Assembly: GCA_963845185.1 (NCBI GenBank)
Contig: CAWJRG010000011.1
Location: forward strand, 110,403 to 174,402
Length of the DNA stretch: 64,000 nt
Direction of reading: 5' to 3'
From: an uncultured bacterium
Lineage (GTDB): Bacteria; Oederibacteriota; PGYV01; CAWJRG01
Shown: positions 20,191 to 28,831 of the stretch, piece by piece
How positions within the stretch are numbered: the stretch's first letter is position 1
How the letters are laid out: each line of letters starts with the position of its first letter
Program-made: the position numbers and the translations under genes
Notes under the pieces: generated by a model
Database searches by the model: none
Told to the model about the DNA's origin: nothing
Seen by the model: only the letters and a program-made list of their open reading frames with translations

Positions 20191-22089
20191 TTACCTGCCT
20201 CCGAATATCTTTAGGGCTTCGGGATTGTAAATCGCGAAAACCAGTATTACTATAACGGCACCGCTGAAAATTATAAGCGCGTAATTTTGCACTTTGCCGG
20301 ATACCGTAAGTTTTAGCTTCGAACCCGACCACCTGCATAAGAACGCCACCAGGTTTACCGCTCCGTCAACTATGTGCCTGTCGAACCACGCTATTACTTT
20401 TGTAACTGCCAGGAATGTATATTTTATTACAAAAAGGTAAATCTCATCTATGAAGAATTTGCGTTTGGACAGCACATAAAGCGGCCCTGTTATTTTTTTC
20501 ATTGTCTCTGCCTTGATTATTTTAAGGAAATAAATTATAAAAGCCAGGAATATGCCCGCAAGGGCCGCAGCATTTGATGTAACGGCTATTTTCATGTTAA
20601 ACTCTGTCGCCTGCGGTGACTCACCCAGGTAAAGAAAATTATAAATGCTCACCTGTTTACCCGGTATGCCTATAAACCCGGCGAATATAGAAAGCAGGGC
20701 AAGTATGACGAGGGGTATTGTCATGACTGGAGGCGATTCGTGACCGTGGCCTTCATCGTTTCCCTTGCCTGTAAAAGTCACAAAAAACAGCCTGAACATG
20801 TAAAAAGCTGTCATAAACGCTGTGATAAGAGCCGAATAATAAAGCATTTTGTGCCCGCTCTCCTGCGCCGCTACGAGTATTTCATCCTTGCTCCAGAACC
20901 CGGACAATGGGAAAATGCCTGCTATGGCAAACGCTGCTATTAAGAATGTAGCTGCCGTGATAGGCATCTTTTTGCCCAGTCCGCCCATTTTCCATATATC
21001 GTTTGTCGCGACTGAGTGTATTACGCTGCCCGCGCAAAGGAACAGCAAAGCCTTAAAAGCCGCGTGCGTAGTAAGGTGAAACATGCCTGTCGTATATCCT
21101 CCTACGCCGAGCGCGAGCATCATATACCCGAGTTGGCTCAGCGTGGAATAGGCCAGTACGCGTTTTATATCATCCTGCGTTAGCGCTATGCTCGCCGAGA
21201 ATATTGCTGTAAAAGCTCCAAGGTACGCTATTACAAGCATTGCTTCGTGGCTTGACGCGAATATTCCGAATAACCTTGCCACCATAAAAACCCCGGCTGC
21301 GACCATGGTTGCCGCATGAATCAGGGCAGATACGGGAGTGGGGCCTTCCATTGCGTCCGGCAGCCAAACGTGCAGCGGGAACTGCCCGCTTTTGCCCATG
21401 GCTCCGGAAAACAGTAAAAGCGCGATTATCATCATCATTTTGGGCGTTATGCTCCCCGACGCTACGCCTGCTTTCACGAAATCTTCCGCTTCGTGAAAGT
21501 TAAAGGTCTTAGCCAGATAGCTTAATATTAATATGCCGATTAAAAACCCAAAATCCCCAAAGCGGGTCACGACAAACGCCTTTTTGGCCGCGTCGCTGGC
21601 CTCGGGTTTTTCATACCAGAAACCGATTAAAAGGTACGAGCATAATCCCACGAGTTCCCAGAAAATATAAATCTGTATGAAGTTGTTCGCGAGCACCAGG
21701 CCAAGCATTGAAAAGGAAAAAAGAGATATAAAAGCGAAAAATTTCGGGTATGTCCTGTCCCCGTGCATGTATCCGACTGAATATATCTGCACCAGCAAGC
21801 TCACCGTGGTAACAACCATGAGCATTATTCCGGTCAGCGGGTTTATCAGTATGCCAATATTCCAGTTTATATTGCCAATGTGGAGCCACGGAATATTGTA
21901 TTCAAACGACATTTTTACTGCCAGCAGGCTGTACAGGATAAAGCAAGAAAACAAAAACGACAGGCCTATGCCGAGTATGGATATTGTGCTGCTAAGTAAG
22001 TTATATTTTTTAGTCAGCGCAACTATGATAAGGAATGCCGCAAACGGGCAAACCGGAATCAGCAATCCTGCCAAAACAATCGTGTTCAA
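20191..22089 (-). CDS. nuoL: NADH-quinone oxidoreductase subunit L
   Basis: GKSGQFPLHVWLPDAMEGPTPVSALIHAATMV. Confidence 0.96.
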   Translation of the reverse strand: MNTIVLAGLLIPVCPFAAFLIIVALTKKYNLLSSTISILGIGLSFLFSCFILYSLLAVKMSFEYNIPWLHIGNINWNIGILINPLTGIMLMVVTTVSLLVQIYSVGYMHGDRTYPKFFAFISLFSFSMLGLVLANNFIQIYIFWELVGLCSYLLIGFWYEKPEASDAAKKAFVVTRFGDFGFLIGILILSYLAKTFNFHEAEDFVKAGVASGSITPKMMMIIALLLFSGAMGKSGQFPLHVWLPDAMEGPTPVSALIHAATMVAAGVFMVARLFGIFASSHEAMLVIAYLGAFTAIFSASIALTQDDIKRVLAYSTLSQLGYMMLALGVGGYTTGMFHLTTHAAFKALLFLCAGSVIHSVATNDIWKMGGLGKKMPITAATFLIAAFAIAGIFPLSGFWSKDEILVAAQESGHKMLYYSALITAFMTAFYMFRLFFVTFTGKGNDEGHGHESPPVMTIPLVILALLSIFAGFIGIPGKQVSIYNFLYLGESPQATEFNMKIAVTSNAAALAGIFLAFIIYFLKIIKAETMKKITGPLYVLSKRKFFIDEIYLFVIKYTFLAVTKVIAWFDRHIVDGAVNLVAFLCRWSGSKLKLTVSGKVQNYALIIFSGAVIVILVFAIYNPEALKIFGGR

Positions 22090-22103
22090 ATTCTGTTCTC
22101 CTT

Positions 22104-22206
22104 AGATTTCGTTTACTTTGCCAAGCCGTCAACAGGTGCAGGCAAAGTATTACGAAATCTTGTACCCGCTCAAGTCCGAGGCCGCCAGGCCGAGGACAAG
22201 CGGTGC
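22104..22206. ncRNA. Conserved two-hairpin intergenic element, copy 2 (between nuoK and nuoL)
   Basis: agatttcgt/acgaaatct and tactttgcc/ggcaaagta stems, then gtaccc..gtccgaggcc gcca ggccgaggac..ggtgc hairpin. Confidence 0.7.
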
Positions 22207-22210
22207 TTAT

Positions 22211-22257
22211 TATTATTCAGTTTTTCAATCTAAGATCAAAAATCTAAAATGCACTAC
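22211..22257 (-). repeat. Short 7-nt periodic tract after the nuoK stop
   Basis: Minus strand attttag atttttg atcttag attgaaa. Confidence 0.4.
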
Positions 22258-22569
22258 TCAGTATTTCATAAGATTCATTTCATCCGCATGAATCTTCATT
22301 CTTTTCCTGTAAATCGCGAGTATTATCGCAAGCCCCAGAACGCTTTCCGCCGCTGCCACGGTTATAATGAAAATTGCGAATATCTGGCCCGGTATTTCGT
22401 TCGGAGTGATATATTTCGACACGGCAACCATGTTTATATTTACCGCGTTTAATAGGAGCTCGGTTGACATGAGTATGCCAATGGCGTTTCTCCTTGTCAG
22501 CACTCCGAATATTCCTACGGCAAAAAGTATTGCCGACAGTATTATGTAATGCGTGAGCGTGATTGTCAT
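22258..22569 (-). CDS. nuoK: NADH-quinone oxidoreductase subunit K
   Basis: RRNAIGILMSTELLLNAVNIN, VAAAESVLGLAII. Confidence 0.95.
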   Translation of the reverse strand: MTITLTHYIILSAILFAVGIFGVLTRRNAIGILMSTELLLNAVNINMVAVSKYITPNEIPGQIFAIFIITVAAAESVLGLAIILAIYRKRMKIHADEMNLMKY

Positions 22570-23075
22570 TTTACGCCCTCCTTGTCTTTTGCCACTATTA
22601 CTATCGCTCCTATAAGAGCGGCAAGCAGTAGGACCGACGCAAGTTCAAAAGCCGGCATATAATCAGTAAGAAGCAGCCTGCCTATCTGGGCAGTGTCGTT
22701 TAGCGGCTGGTTCGGCGGCGCTGTTATTGCCAAGTATTTTGTCTTCATAAGCGCGAGTATTATAAGCGTTGCACCAAGTCCTGCAGTGAGTAATGCCGGT
22801 AAAATCTGCTTGTTGATAAGCGGCACTGGCTCGCCCAGGATTTCCTTTGTAAGGTTGATGACAAATATTGTAAGCACTACAACCGCTCCTATGTAAATAA
22901 GCACCTGTATCCCCGCTATAAAATACGCGTTTAAAAGCACGAATACCGCAGCCACGCCGAAAAGCGTAAGCGCGAGGTATAAAGCGCTGTGAAAAATGTT
23001 TTTTGACGTTACCATCAAAAACGCGCTCAGTAGTATTATCGCCGAGAACGCGTAAAACAGTACTGCTTCAGTCAT
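22566..23075 (-). CDS. nuoJ: NADH-quinone oxidoreductase subunit J
   Basis: QVLIYIGAVVVL, FELASVLLLAALIGA. Confidence 0.94.
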   Translation of the reverse strand: MTEAVLFYAFSAIILLSAFLMVTSKNIFHSALYLALTLFGVAAVFVLLNAYFIAGIQVLIYIGAVVVLTIFVINLTKEILGEPVPLINKQILPALLTAGLGATLIILALMKTKYLAITAPPNQPLNDTAQIGRLLLTDYMPAFELASVLLLAALIGAIVIVAKDKEGVK

Positions 23076-23078
23076 GCT

Positions 23079-23570
23079 TTACTCCGTTTCTTCTTTAAAT
23101 TTTGTCTTCCACCAATTTGCTTTTTTGCCCTGCAGGCCGTACTTTTCCGACACAAGTTCAAGCATAAGGCCTGATTTGTCCGGTGTGGCAAGTTCGTACT
23201 CGTCGGACATTACTATGGCAAAAAACGGACACGATTCCACGCATAAATTGCAGAACATGCAGGTGGCCATATTGTACATGAACTTTGCCGCCTTTGGCTT
23301 TGGCTTGCCGGTCTCGTCCACGATTTTCTCCACTTCAAGCGACCTGTTCGGGCATGCCTTCACGCAAATATTGCAGGCAGTGCACCTGTTGTCGTTTTTG
23401 TCCGGGTCAATCGGCATGACAAGCCTCCCCCTGAACCGGGTCGGCAGGTCCGGCTTTTCATCCGGGTACTGCATAGTATACGGCTTGACAAATAAATACT
23501 TAAAAGTCACAGCCAGTCCCTCTGCCAGCGATATGATTCCCTTTATGATATCTGCTATATACTTGAACAT
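23079..23570 (-). CDS. nuoI: NADH-quinone oxidoreductase subunit I
   Basis: TMQYPDE..RFRG; two CxxCxxCxxxCP ferredoxin motifs. Confidence 0.95.
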   Translation of the reverse strand: MFKYIADIIKGIISLAEGLAVTFKYLFVKPYTMQYPDEKPDLPTRFRGRLVMPIDPDKNDNRCTACNICVKACPNRSLEVEKIVDETGKPKPKAAKFMYNMATCMFCNLCVESCPFFAIVMSDEYELATPDKSGLMLELVSEKYGLQGKKANWWKTKFKEETE

Positions 23571-23582
23571 GTCAACTCCATA

Positions 23583-23656
23583 AGTTTAATGTTTCCTGTT
23601 TAAGGTTTGAAGTTAAACTGCTCTTTCTTTCAACTTTGAACATTGAACTTTAAACC
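23583..23656 (-). repeat. Gene-less heptamer-repeat hairpin between nuoH and nuoI
   Basis: ttaaggt ttaaagt tcaatgt tcaaagt ... ttcaaac cttaaac aggaaac attaaac; same two-arm layout as 25182-25258. Confidence 0.7.
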
Positions 23657-24721
23657 TTAAACTATTTTTATAACTACTGCCGTCACTATCAGGTTCAGCA
23701 GCGCAATCGGCAAAAGCACTTTCCACGCGAATTCCATAAGGTGATCAACCCTTATCCTCGGGAAAGTCCACCTGATCCACATGAGTATCGATACCACAAA
23801 ATATGTCTTTATGAAAAACCATACAAACGGCGGCAAAAACGGCCCCTGCCATCCTCCAAGAAAAAGCGTCGTGGCAACAGCGGAAACCAGGAATATATTT
23901 GTGTATTCAGCAAGGAAAAACATAGCGAACTTCATGCCGCTGTACTCTGTTATAAACCCTGACACAAGCTCAGACTCAGCTTCAGGCAGGTCAAAAGGAG
24001 CCCTGTTTATCTCGGCGTTTGACGCTATAAGGAACAAAATAAACCCAACGGGCTGGAATATTACAAACCATGTCTTTGACTGTGCCGCCACTATGTCTCC
24101 CATTTTCAATGAGCCTGCCATAAGTATGACGGACAGTACTATTAAAACAGAAGGTATTTCATAGCTGACTATCTGGGCCGCCGACCTCATCCCGCCTATC
24201 AGCGAGTATTTGTTGTTTGACGCCCAGCCGCCGGCAAGTATACCTATAACGGAAAGTCCTGTTATGGCGAGTATATATAATACCCCGATATTCAAATCCG
24301 CGGCTATTATGCCCTTGCCAAATGGTATCACGAGGAAAACCGCGAAAGTTGCAAGCATGACTATAATAGGCGCTATTGTAAAAACATTCTTGTCGACTTT
24401 TGCAGGCACTATGTCTTCTTTTATAAGGAGCTTGATTGTATCCGCGACAAGCTGCAGCGAACCCTGCCATCCCACCCTGTTCGGGCCGTACCTGAGCTGC
24501 ATCTTCGCCGACAGACGCCTTTCATAATATATGATCCACAGGGCGTTTAAAGCCAGGAAAACCACGACAATAACTGCGACCACGAGCTGTATTATAATAT
24601 CAAGGATCACGCCTGGCAAATGCCAGCTGGCCCACAACGCATGCGACTGTGTGTAAATCCACGCCACAATCTTATCTGTATTGTAAAAAATGTCCTTTAC
24701 AACCTGCCAGAAATTCATCAA
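23657..24721 (-). CDS. nuoH: NADH-quinone oxidoreductase subunit H
   Basis: RYGPNRVG, KLLIKED, NRAPFDLPEAESELVSG, FPRIRVD. Confidence 0.96.
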   Translation of the reverse strand: MMNFWQVVKDIFYNTDKIVAWIYTQSHALWASWHLPGVILDIIIQLVVAVIVVVFLALNALWIIYYERRLSAKMQLRYGPNRVGWQGSLQLVADTIKLLIKEDIVPAKVDKNVFTIAPIIVMLATFAVFLVIPFGKGIIAADLNIGVLYILAITGLSVIGILAGGWASNNKYSLIGGMRSAAQIVSYEIPSVLIVLSVILMAGSLKMGDIVAAQSKTWFVIFQPVGFILFLIASNAEINRAPFDLPEAESELVSGFITEYSGMKFAMFFLAEYTNIFLVSAVATTLFLGGWQGPFLPPFVWFFIKTYFVVSILMWIRWTFPRIRVDHLMEFAWKVLLPIALLNLIVTAVVIKIV

Positions 24722-24741
24722 ATCTCCTTACAGTTTTCAGT

Positions 24742-25164
24742 TTACGGTTTACTATTTCCAGTCACCTTTAAACTGTCTTTATACTTCGTTCCTTTAAAAT
24801 CCGTTCTATTTAAATACTTGATCAATCCATATATCATCGAGCTAACTTCGTCAGCTATTGAATACATTTCATCAAATTCCGTCTTAGTTATATAACTCTG
24901 GTCCAATGCAATATGTATCAGGTTTCTTACTTCGCCCGAAGAACCTTTTGCTATTGATAAAAATTGTTTAAACTCTTTGCTGCCGCCGCGTTCAAATCCT
25001 TCAGCTATGTTTGACATTATTGAATAGCTTGCCCTTTTAATCTGATCGCGTAAAGAAAAATCTTTATTAAAAGGCTCCTTAGCTATGACTTTATAAATAT
25101 AATTATTTAAGTTTCTCGCCTTTTGCCAAGCTTCAATATCTTCAAATTTCTTAAAGCCTGCCAT
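24742..25164 (-). CDS. Four-helix-bundle protein (23S rRNA intervening-sequence protein / Avd-like family)
   Basis: FEDIEAWQKAR, LRDQIKRASYSIMSNIAEGFERG..EFKQFLSIAKGSSGEV. Confidence 0.92.
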   Translation of the reverse strand: MAGFKKFEDIEAWQKARNLNNYIYKVIAKEPFNKDFSLRDQIKRASYSIMSNIAEGFERGGSKEFKQFLSIAKGSSGEVRNLIHIALDQSYITKTEFDEMYSIADEVSSMIYGLIKYLNRTDFKGTKYKDSLKVTGNSKP

Positions 25165-25181
25165 ATTTACTCCTTATAACT

Positions 25182-25258
25182 ATTTCCTGTTTCCTGATTA
25201 AAGTTCCCTGTTTAAAGTTTTCAACTGTAAACCTTAAACAGTAAACTCTAAACTGTTT
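25182..25258 (-). repeat. Eleven in-phase 7-nt units upstream of the four-helix-bundle gene
   Basis: aaacagt ttagagt ttactgt ttaaggt ttacagt tgaaaac tttaaac agggaac tttaatc aggaaac aggaaat. Confidence 0.75.
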
Positions 25259-26392
25259 TTACCTGTCTATCTCCGGTATTATCACGTCAAGGCTTCCGAG
25301 TATTGCCACAACATCCGCAACTTTATAACCTATAATAAGTTCTTTTATCACGCTTAAATTCGAGAATGACGGTTTTCTCATTTTAAGCCTGTAGGGCTTG
25401 TCGCTGCCGTCGCTGACTAAATACACACCTATGTCTCCGCGCGGGCCTTCTACCCTGGTGTAAACCTCGCCAGGCGCCGGCTTTATTACTTTCGGAACTT
25501 TTGCCATGACCTCGCCGGCGGGTATACCTTCAATTGCCTGCCTTATTATAACCGCGCTCTGGCGTATCTCATCCATCCTGACCTTGCACCTATCCCATGT
25601 ATCGCCGTTTTTACCTACAGGTATCTCAAAATTAAATTTCGGATATACCGAGTATGGCTCGTCTTTTCTTACATCGTGCGCTATGTTTGAGCCACGCAAA
25701 GACGGCCCTGACAATCCGTAATTAATCGCCTTTTCCTTGCTTATTATAGCTATGCCCTTTGTCCTGCTTGTCAATATAACGTTATTTATCAGCAGGGCCT
25801 CATACTCGTCCACATCATCGTCTATGCGGTCAAGCACCTTCTTCAGGCCTTCAAAAAATCCTTTGGGCAGATCGTTCTTAAACCCTCCAAACCTGAAATA
25901 TGTATGCAAAAGCCTTGCCCCCGAAGCCGCTTCCACAAGCGACATCAGTTCTTCCCTTTCGCGGAAAGCGTACCAGATTGGTGTCAGCGCCCCCACGTCC
26001 ATGCCGAAAGCCGAATACCATAAAAGGTGGCTCATCATCCTGTTGATTTCTGCCATTATTACCCTGATATACTGCGCGCGTTCAGGCACCTGTATGCCCA
26101 TTAATTTTTCCACGGCCATGACATAAACAAAATTATTAGCTATAACGGAAAGGTAATCCGTCCTGTCTGTATAAGGAATTATTTGCTCGTATTTCTTGTT
26201 TTCAAACAGTTTTTCCATGCCGCGGTGCATAAAGCCGAGGTACGGGACCACGTCTTTCACTACTTCGCCGTCCATTTTCAAAACAAACCTCAGCACGCCG
26301 TGAGTGCTGGGATGCTGCGGCCCCATGTTCAGTATGTATTCGTCTGAAGTCAGGTTCTTTATCTCGAGTGGTACTTTTGCGTCCATATTCAC
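25259..26392 (-). CDS. nuoD: NADH-quinone oxidoreductase subunit D
   Basis: NMGPQHPSTHGVLR, HRGMEK, DRTDY, ends PEIDR; no NiFe CxxC motifs. Confidence 0.96.
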   Translation of the reverse strand: MNMDAKVPLEIKNLTSDEYILNMGPQHPSTHGVLRFVLKMDGEVVKDVVPYLGFMHRGMEKLFENKKYEQIIPYTDRTDYLSVIANNFVYVMAVEKLMGIQVPERAQYIRVIMAEINRMMSHLLWYSAFGMDVGALTPIWYAFREREELMSLVEAASGARLLHTYFRFGGFKNDLPKGFFEGLKKVLDRIDDDVDEYEALLINNVILTSRTKGIAIISKEKAINYGLSGPSLRGSNIAHDVRKDEPYSVYPKFNFEIPVGKNGDTWDRCKVRMDEIRQSAVIIRQAIEGIPAGEVMAKVPKVIKPAPGEVYTRVEGPRGDIGVYLVSDGSDKPYRLKMRKPSFSNLSVIKELIIGYKVADVVAILGSLDVIIPEIDR

Positions 26393-26398
26393 CTTATT

Positions 26399-26863
26399 TT
26401 ACTTATCATCCGGCATCGGAATTAAATTTTCATGCTTAAAATCTTTTCTTAATGGATATCCTTCAAGCCCGTCCGGCGTAAGAAGAGGTCTTAAGTCCGG
26501 ATGGTTTATGTAATTTATTCCGAACATTTCAGCCGTTTCCCTCTCGTGCCATTCCGCCGTCCTGTATATGTCGCTCACTGTTTCTATCTCAGGCTTGCTC
26601 CTGTCAAGTTTCGCCCTTACAACAATTTTATCTTTTGTTTCGTATGAAAAAAGGTAATATATTGCCTCTATATTATTATTTGCCGGCCAGTCCAGCGCGG
26701 TTGTAAAAAACATAAAGTTAAATTTAAGTTCATTCTTTAAATAAGAGAGTATTTGCCTTATTTGCGATTTTTCTATTTCCACATTCAGTATGCCGAGGTC
26801 TTCTTTTGATCCGGCAATCTGGAATTTTGCTTTTATGTTGTCCAGGAGTTCGACAAAAGTCAT
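26399..26863 (-). CDS. nuoC: NADH-quinone oxidoreductase subunit C
   Basis: [26 protein letters not shown]. Confidence 0.95.
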   Translation of the reverse strand: MTFVELLDNIKAKFQIAGSKEDLGILNVEIEKSQIRQILSYLKNELKFNFMFFTTALDWPANNNIEAIYYLFSYETKDKIVVRAKLDRSKPEIETVSDIYRTAEWHERETAEMFGINYINHPDLRPLLTPDGLEGYPLRKDFKHENLIPMPDDK

Positions 26864-27381
26864 TTTTTCCCTCCTGTAAGGAACTTATCCTTCATTATTT
26901 TTTTCTGAAGCTGCATAAACCCGTAAAGCAGCGCCTCTGGCCTCGGAGGGCAGCCAGGCACGTAAATGTCGACCGGTATAATCTTGTCGACTCCCTTTAC
27001 TATTGTGTATGAATCGTAAACATATGGCCCGCCCGATATGGCGCAGGAGCCCATTGCGATGACGTATCTTGGCTCTGCCATCTGCTCAAACAGCATCCTT
27101 ACCGTCGGCGCCATTTTTTCCACGATCGTGCCCGCTATTACCATGACATCCGACCTTCTCGGTGACGCGGCAGGTACCTCAAACCCGAACCTTGCCCAGT
27201 CGTATTTTGTGGCTCCGGTGTGCATCATTTCTATGGCGCAGCAGGCAGTGCCGAAAGTGAGCGTCCAGAGTGAATTGCTCCTCGATATGTTTATTGCCCA
27301 CTCGGCTGTCGCGAGTATTATCTGGCCGCCTGGAATTTTGTATACTATATTATCCTTGTCAAGCCCGTTCATTAATCCCAT
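26860..27381 (-). CDS. nuoB: NADH-quinone oxidoreductase subunit B
   Basis: [35 protein letters not shown]. Confidence 0.96.
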   Translation of the reverse strand: MGLMNGLDKDNIVYKIPGGQIILATAEWAINISRSNSLWTLTFGTACCAIEMMHTGATKYDWARFGFEVPAASPRRSDVMVIAGTIVEKMAPTVRMLFEQMAEPRYVIAMGSCAISGGPYVYDSYTIVKGVDKIIPVDIYVPGCPPRPEALLYGFMQLQKKIMKDKFLTGGKK

Positions 27382-27725
27382 TTAAGCTCACCTTTTTTCC
27401 AGGCATAGGCCAGGCCTAGTATGATGATAAAAAGGAATATAAGGATTTCAATCAAAGGCATTAACCCGGAAAGCGACCTGTAAACAACGGCCCACGGGAT
27501 CAGGAATACCGATTCAACTGCAAATACGACATACATAAGGGCAAATACGTAAAATCTCAGGTTATAACGGACGTGCGCTTCGCCTATCGGGTCCACGCCG
27601 CATTCATATGTTGAATTCTTGGCGTATGTCGGGTGATGCGGCATAAGGATTGCGTTCACAATAAATGCTGCCGCCACAAACACGACTGCGAATACCAGAA
27701 ACATTAAAAGCATTCCGTATTCCAT
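27372..27725 (-). CDS. nuoA: NADH-quinone oxidoreductase subunit A
   Basis: [25 protein letters not shown]. Confidence 0.95.
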   Translation of the reverse strand: MEYGMLLMFLVFAVVFVAAAFIVNAILMPHHPTYAKNSTYECGVDPIGEAHVRYNLRFYVFALMYVVFAVESVFLIPWAVVYRSLSGLMPLIEILIFLFIIILGLAYAWKKGELKWD

Positions 27726-27747
27726 TTAATTCTACGCCTCCATATTT

Positions 27748-28713
27748 TTAATAAGTTCTTTCCAGAACATAATCAGCCAGCATTTCCAGTACTTCTTTTT
27801 TATTCTTAAATTTGACTTTTGCTTTTTTTAAATATAATTTTGCTTTTCTTATGTATCCGGCCGCTATATCAGCTGCGGTTTCGATTCCTTTATATTTTTT
27901 TATGAATTTTATTATTCCAGCTGTGTGATTTTTTTTACTTAAAAACAGTTTTTTTACTGAACGGCTGTTATTTTGCCCGGCGTTTTTCAGCGCAAGTATA
28001 AAAGGCAGTGTTACTTTCCCCTCCCGGATATCATTACCGACAGGCTTGCCGAGCTTCTTTTCGTTTCCAGTTATATCAAGGATATCGTCCTTTATCTGAA
28101 AGGCAATGCCCATATTCTCGCCGTAATTTTCCAAATTCCATGTTGCGGCAGCCTTTGCGCACGAAAGATACGCCCCTGCTTTCACCGCAGTTTTAATGAG
28201 TAAAGCCGTTTTCTTTCGTATTATGTCCAGGTATACTTTCACGCTAAGGCTTGTATTGTATTTATTGTAAACTTCGTTTATCTCCCCTTCGCATATGCCC
28301 CTGGTGGCAGAAACAAAAAGCTTTAATAATCCCCAATCCTGATTTTGTAAGATCAAATTTGTAACATAATAAAAAATGTAATCACCTGTCAAAACAGAAA
28401 ATTCATATCCAAGCCTGCGGTTTAAGGAATCCATGCCTCGTCTTGTTTCAGAGTTATCGACGATATCATCGTGTATCAGAGTAGCATGGTGCAAAAGTTC
28501 TACGGCGACAGCCGTATTAATAGCGTTTTGGCCTGTTTTTCCGATATTTAACTCCGCTGTCAACAGAACAAGTAGCCCGCGTAGCCTTTTACCTGATGAT
28601 ATTTTGGTATTCTTGAAAATATATTGTATGCTTTTGCTTTTTATTCTCTTGATTAAATTTATTCTTTTATTTATTAAATTTAACCTTTCTTTTATTTTAT
28701 ATTCATCGAGCAT
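27748..28713 (-). CDS. Polyprenyl diphosphate synthase (HepT/IspB-like)
   Basis: GKRLR, LIHDDIVD..RRG, AFQIKDDILD, GKPVGNDIREGK; start uncertain (28713 or 28743). Confidence 0.9.
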   Translation of the reverse strand: MLDEYKIKERLNLINKRINLIKRIKSKSIQYIFKNTKISSGKRLRGLLVLLTAELNIGKTGQNAINTAVAVELLHHATLIHDDIVDNSETRRGMDSLNRRLGYEFSVLTGDYIFYYVTNLILQNQDWGLLKLFVSATRGICEGEINEVYNKYNTSLSVKVYLDIIRKKTALLIKTAVKAGAYLSCAKAAATWNLENYGENMGIAFQIKDDILDITGNEKKLGKPVGNDIREGKVTLPFILALKNAGQNNSRSVKKLFLSKKNHTAGIIKFIKKYKGIETAADIAAGYIRKAKLYLKKAKVKFKNKKEVLEMLADYVLERTY

Positions 28714-28786
28714 TTCATGACCTGCAATCTTGTTTTGATACAACGGGAGGTTGAGAAATTTTTCTCAAAGTCGAAAAGACTTTTTT

Positions 28787-28814
28787 ATTGTATTACTAAA
28801 ACTTTTTTTGTCAA
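28787..28814 (-). promoter_or_regulatory. Sigma70-type promoter for the prenyl synthase-nuo operon
   Basis: TTGACA-N16-TACAAT on minus strand. Confidence 0.6.
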
Positions 28815-28831
28815 GAAAATTTATTTTTCAT

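Noticed and set aside
22104..22206. Group II intron domain V/VI, tRNA or known riboswitch identity for the two-hairpin element
   Set aside because: The aagccg start resembles domain V but the pairing partner and bulge are absent; no cloverleaf; no match to riboswitch consensus sequences I can recall. An Rfam search is still needed.
24742..25164. Diversity-generating retroelement (Avd-like gene)
   Set aside because: No reverse transcriptase and no TR/VR pair with adenine-specific mismatches seen in the window.
23583..25258. CRISPR array
   Set aside because: Repeats are degenerate 7-mers without unique spacers; no cas genes in the window.
25259..27381. Group 4 NiFe hydrogenase interpretation of nuoBCD
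   Set aside because: NuoD lacks both CxxC Ni-binding motifs and has complex I quinone-site motifs.
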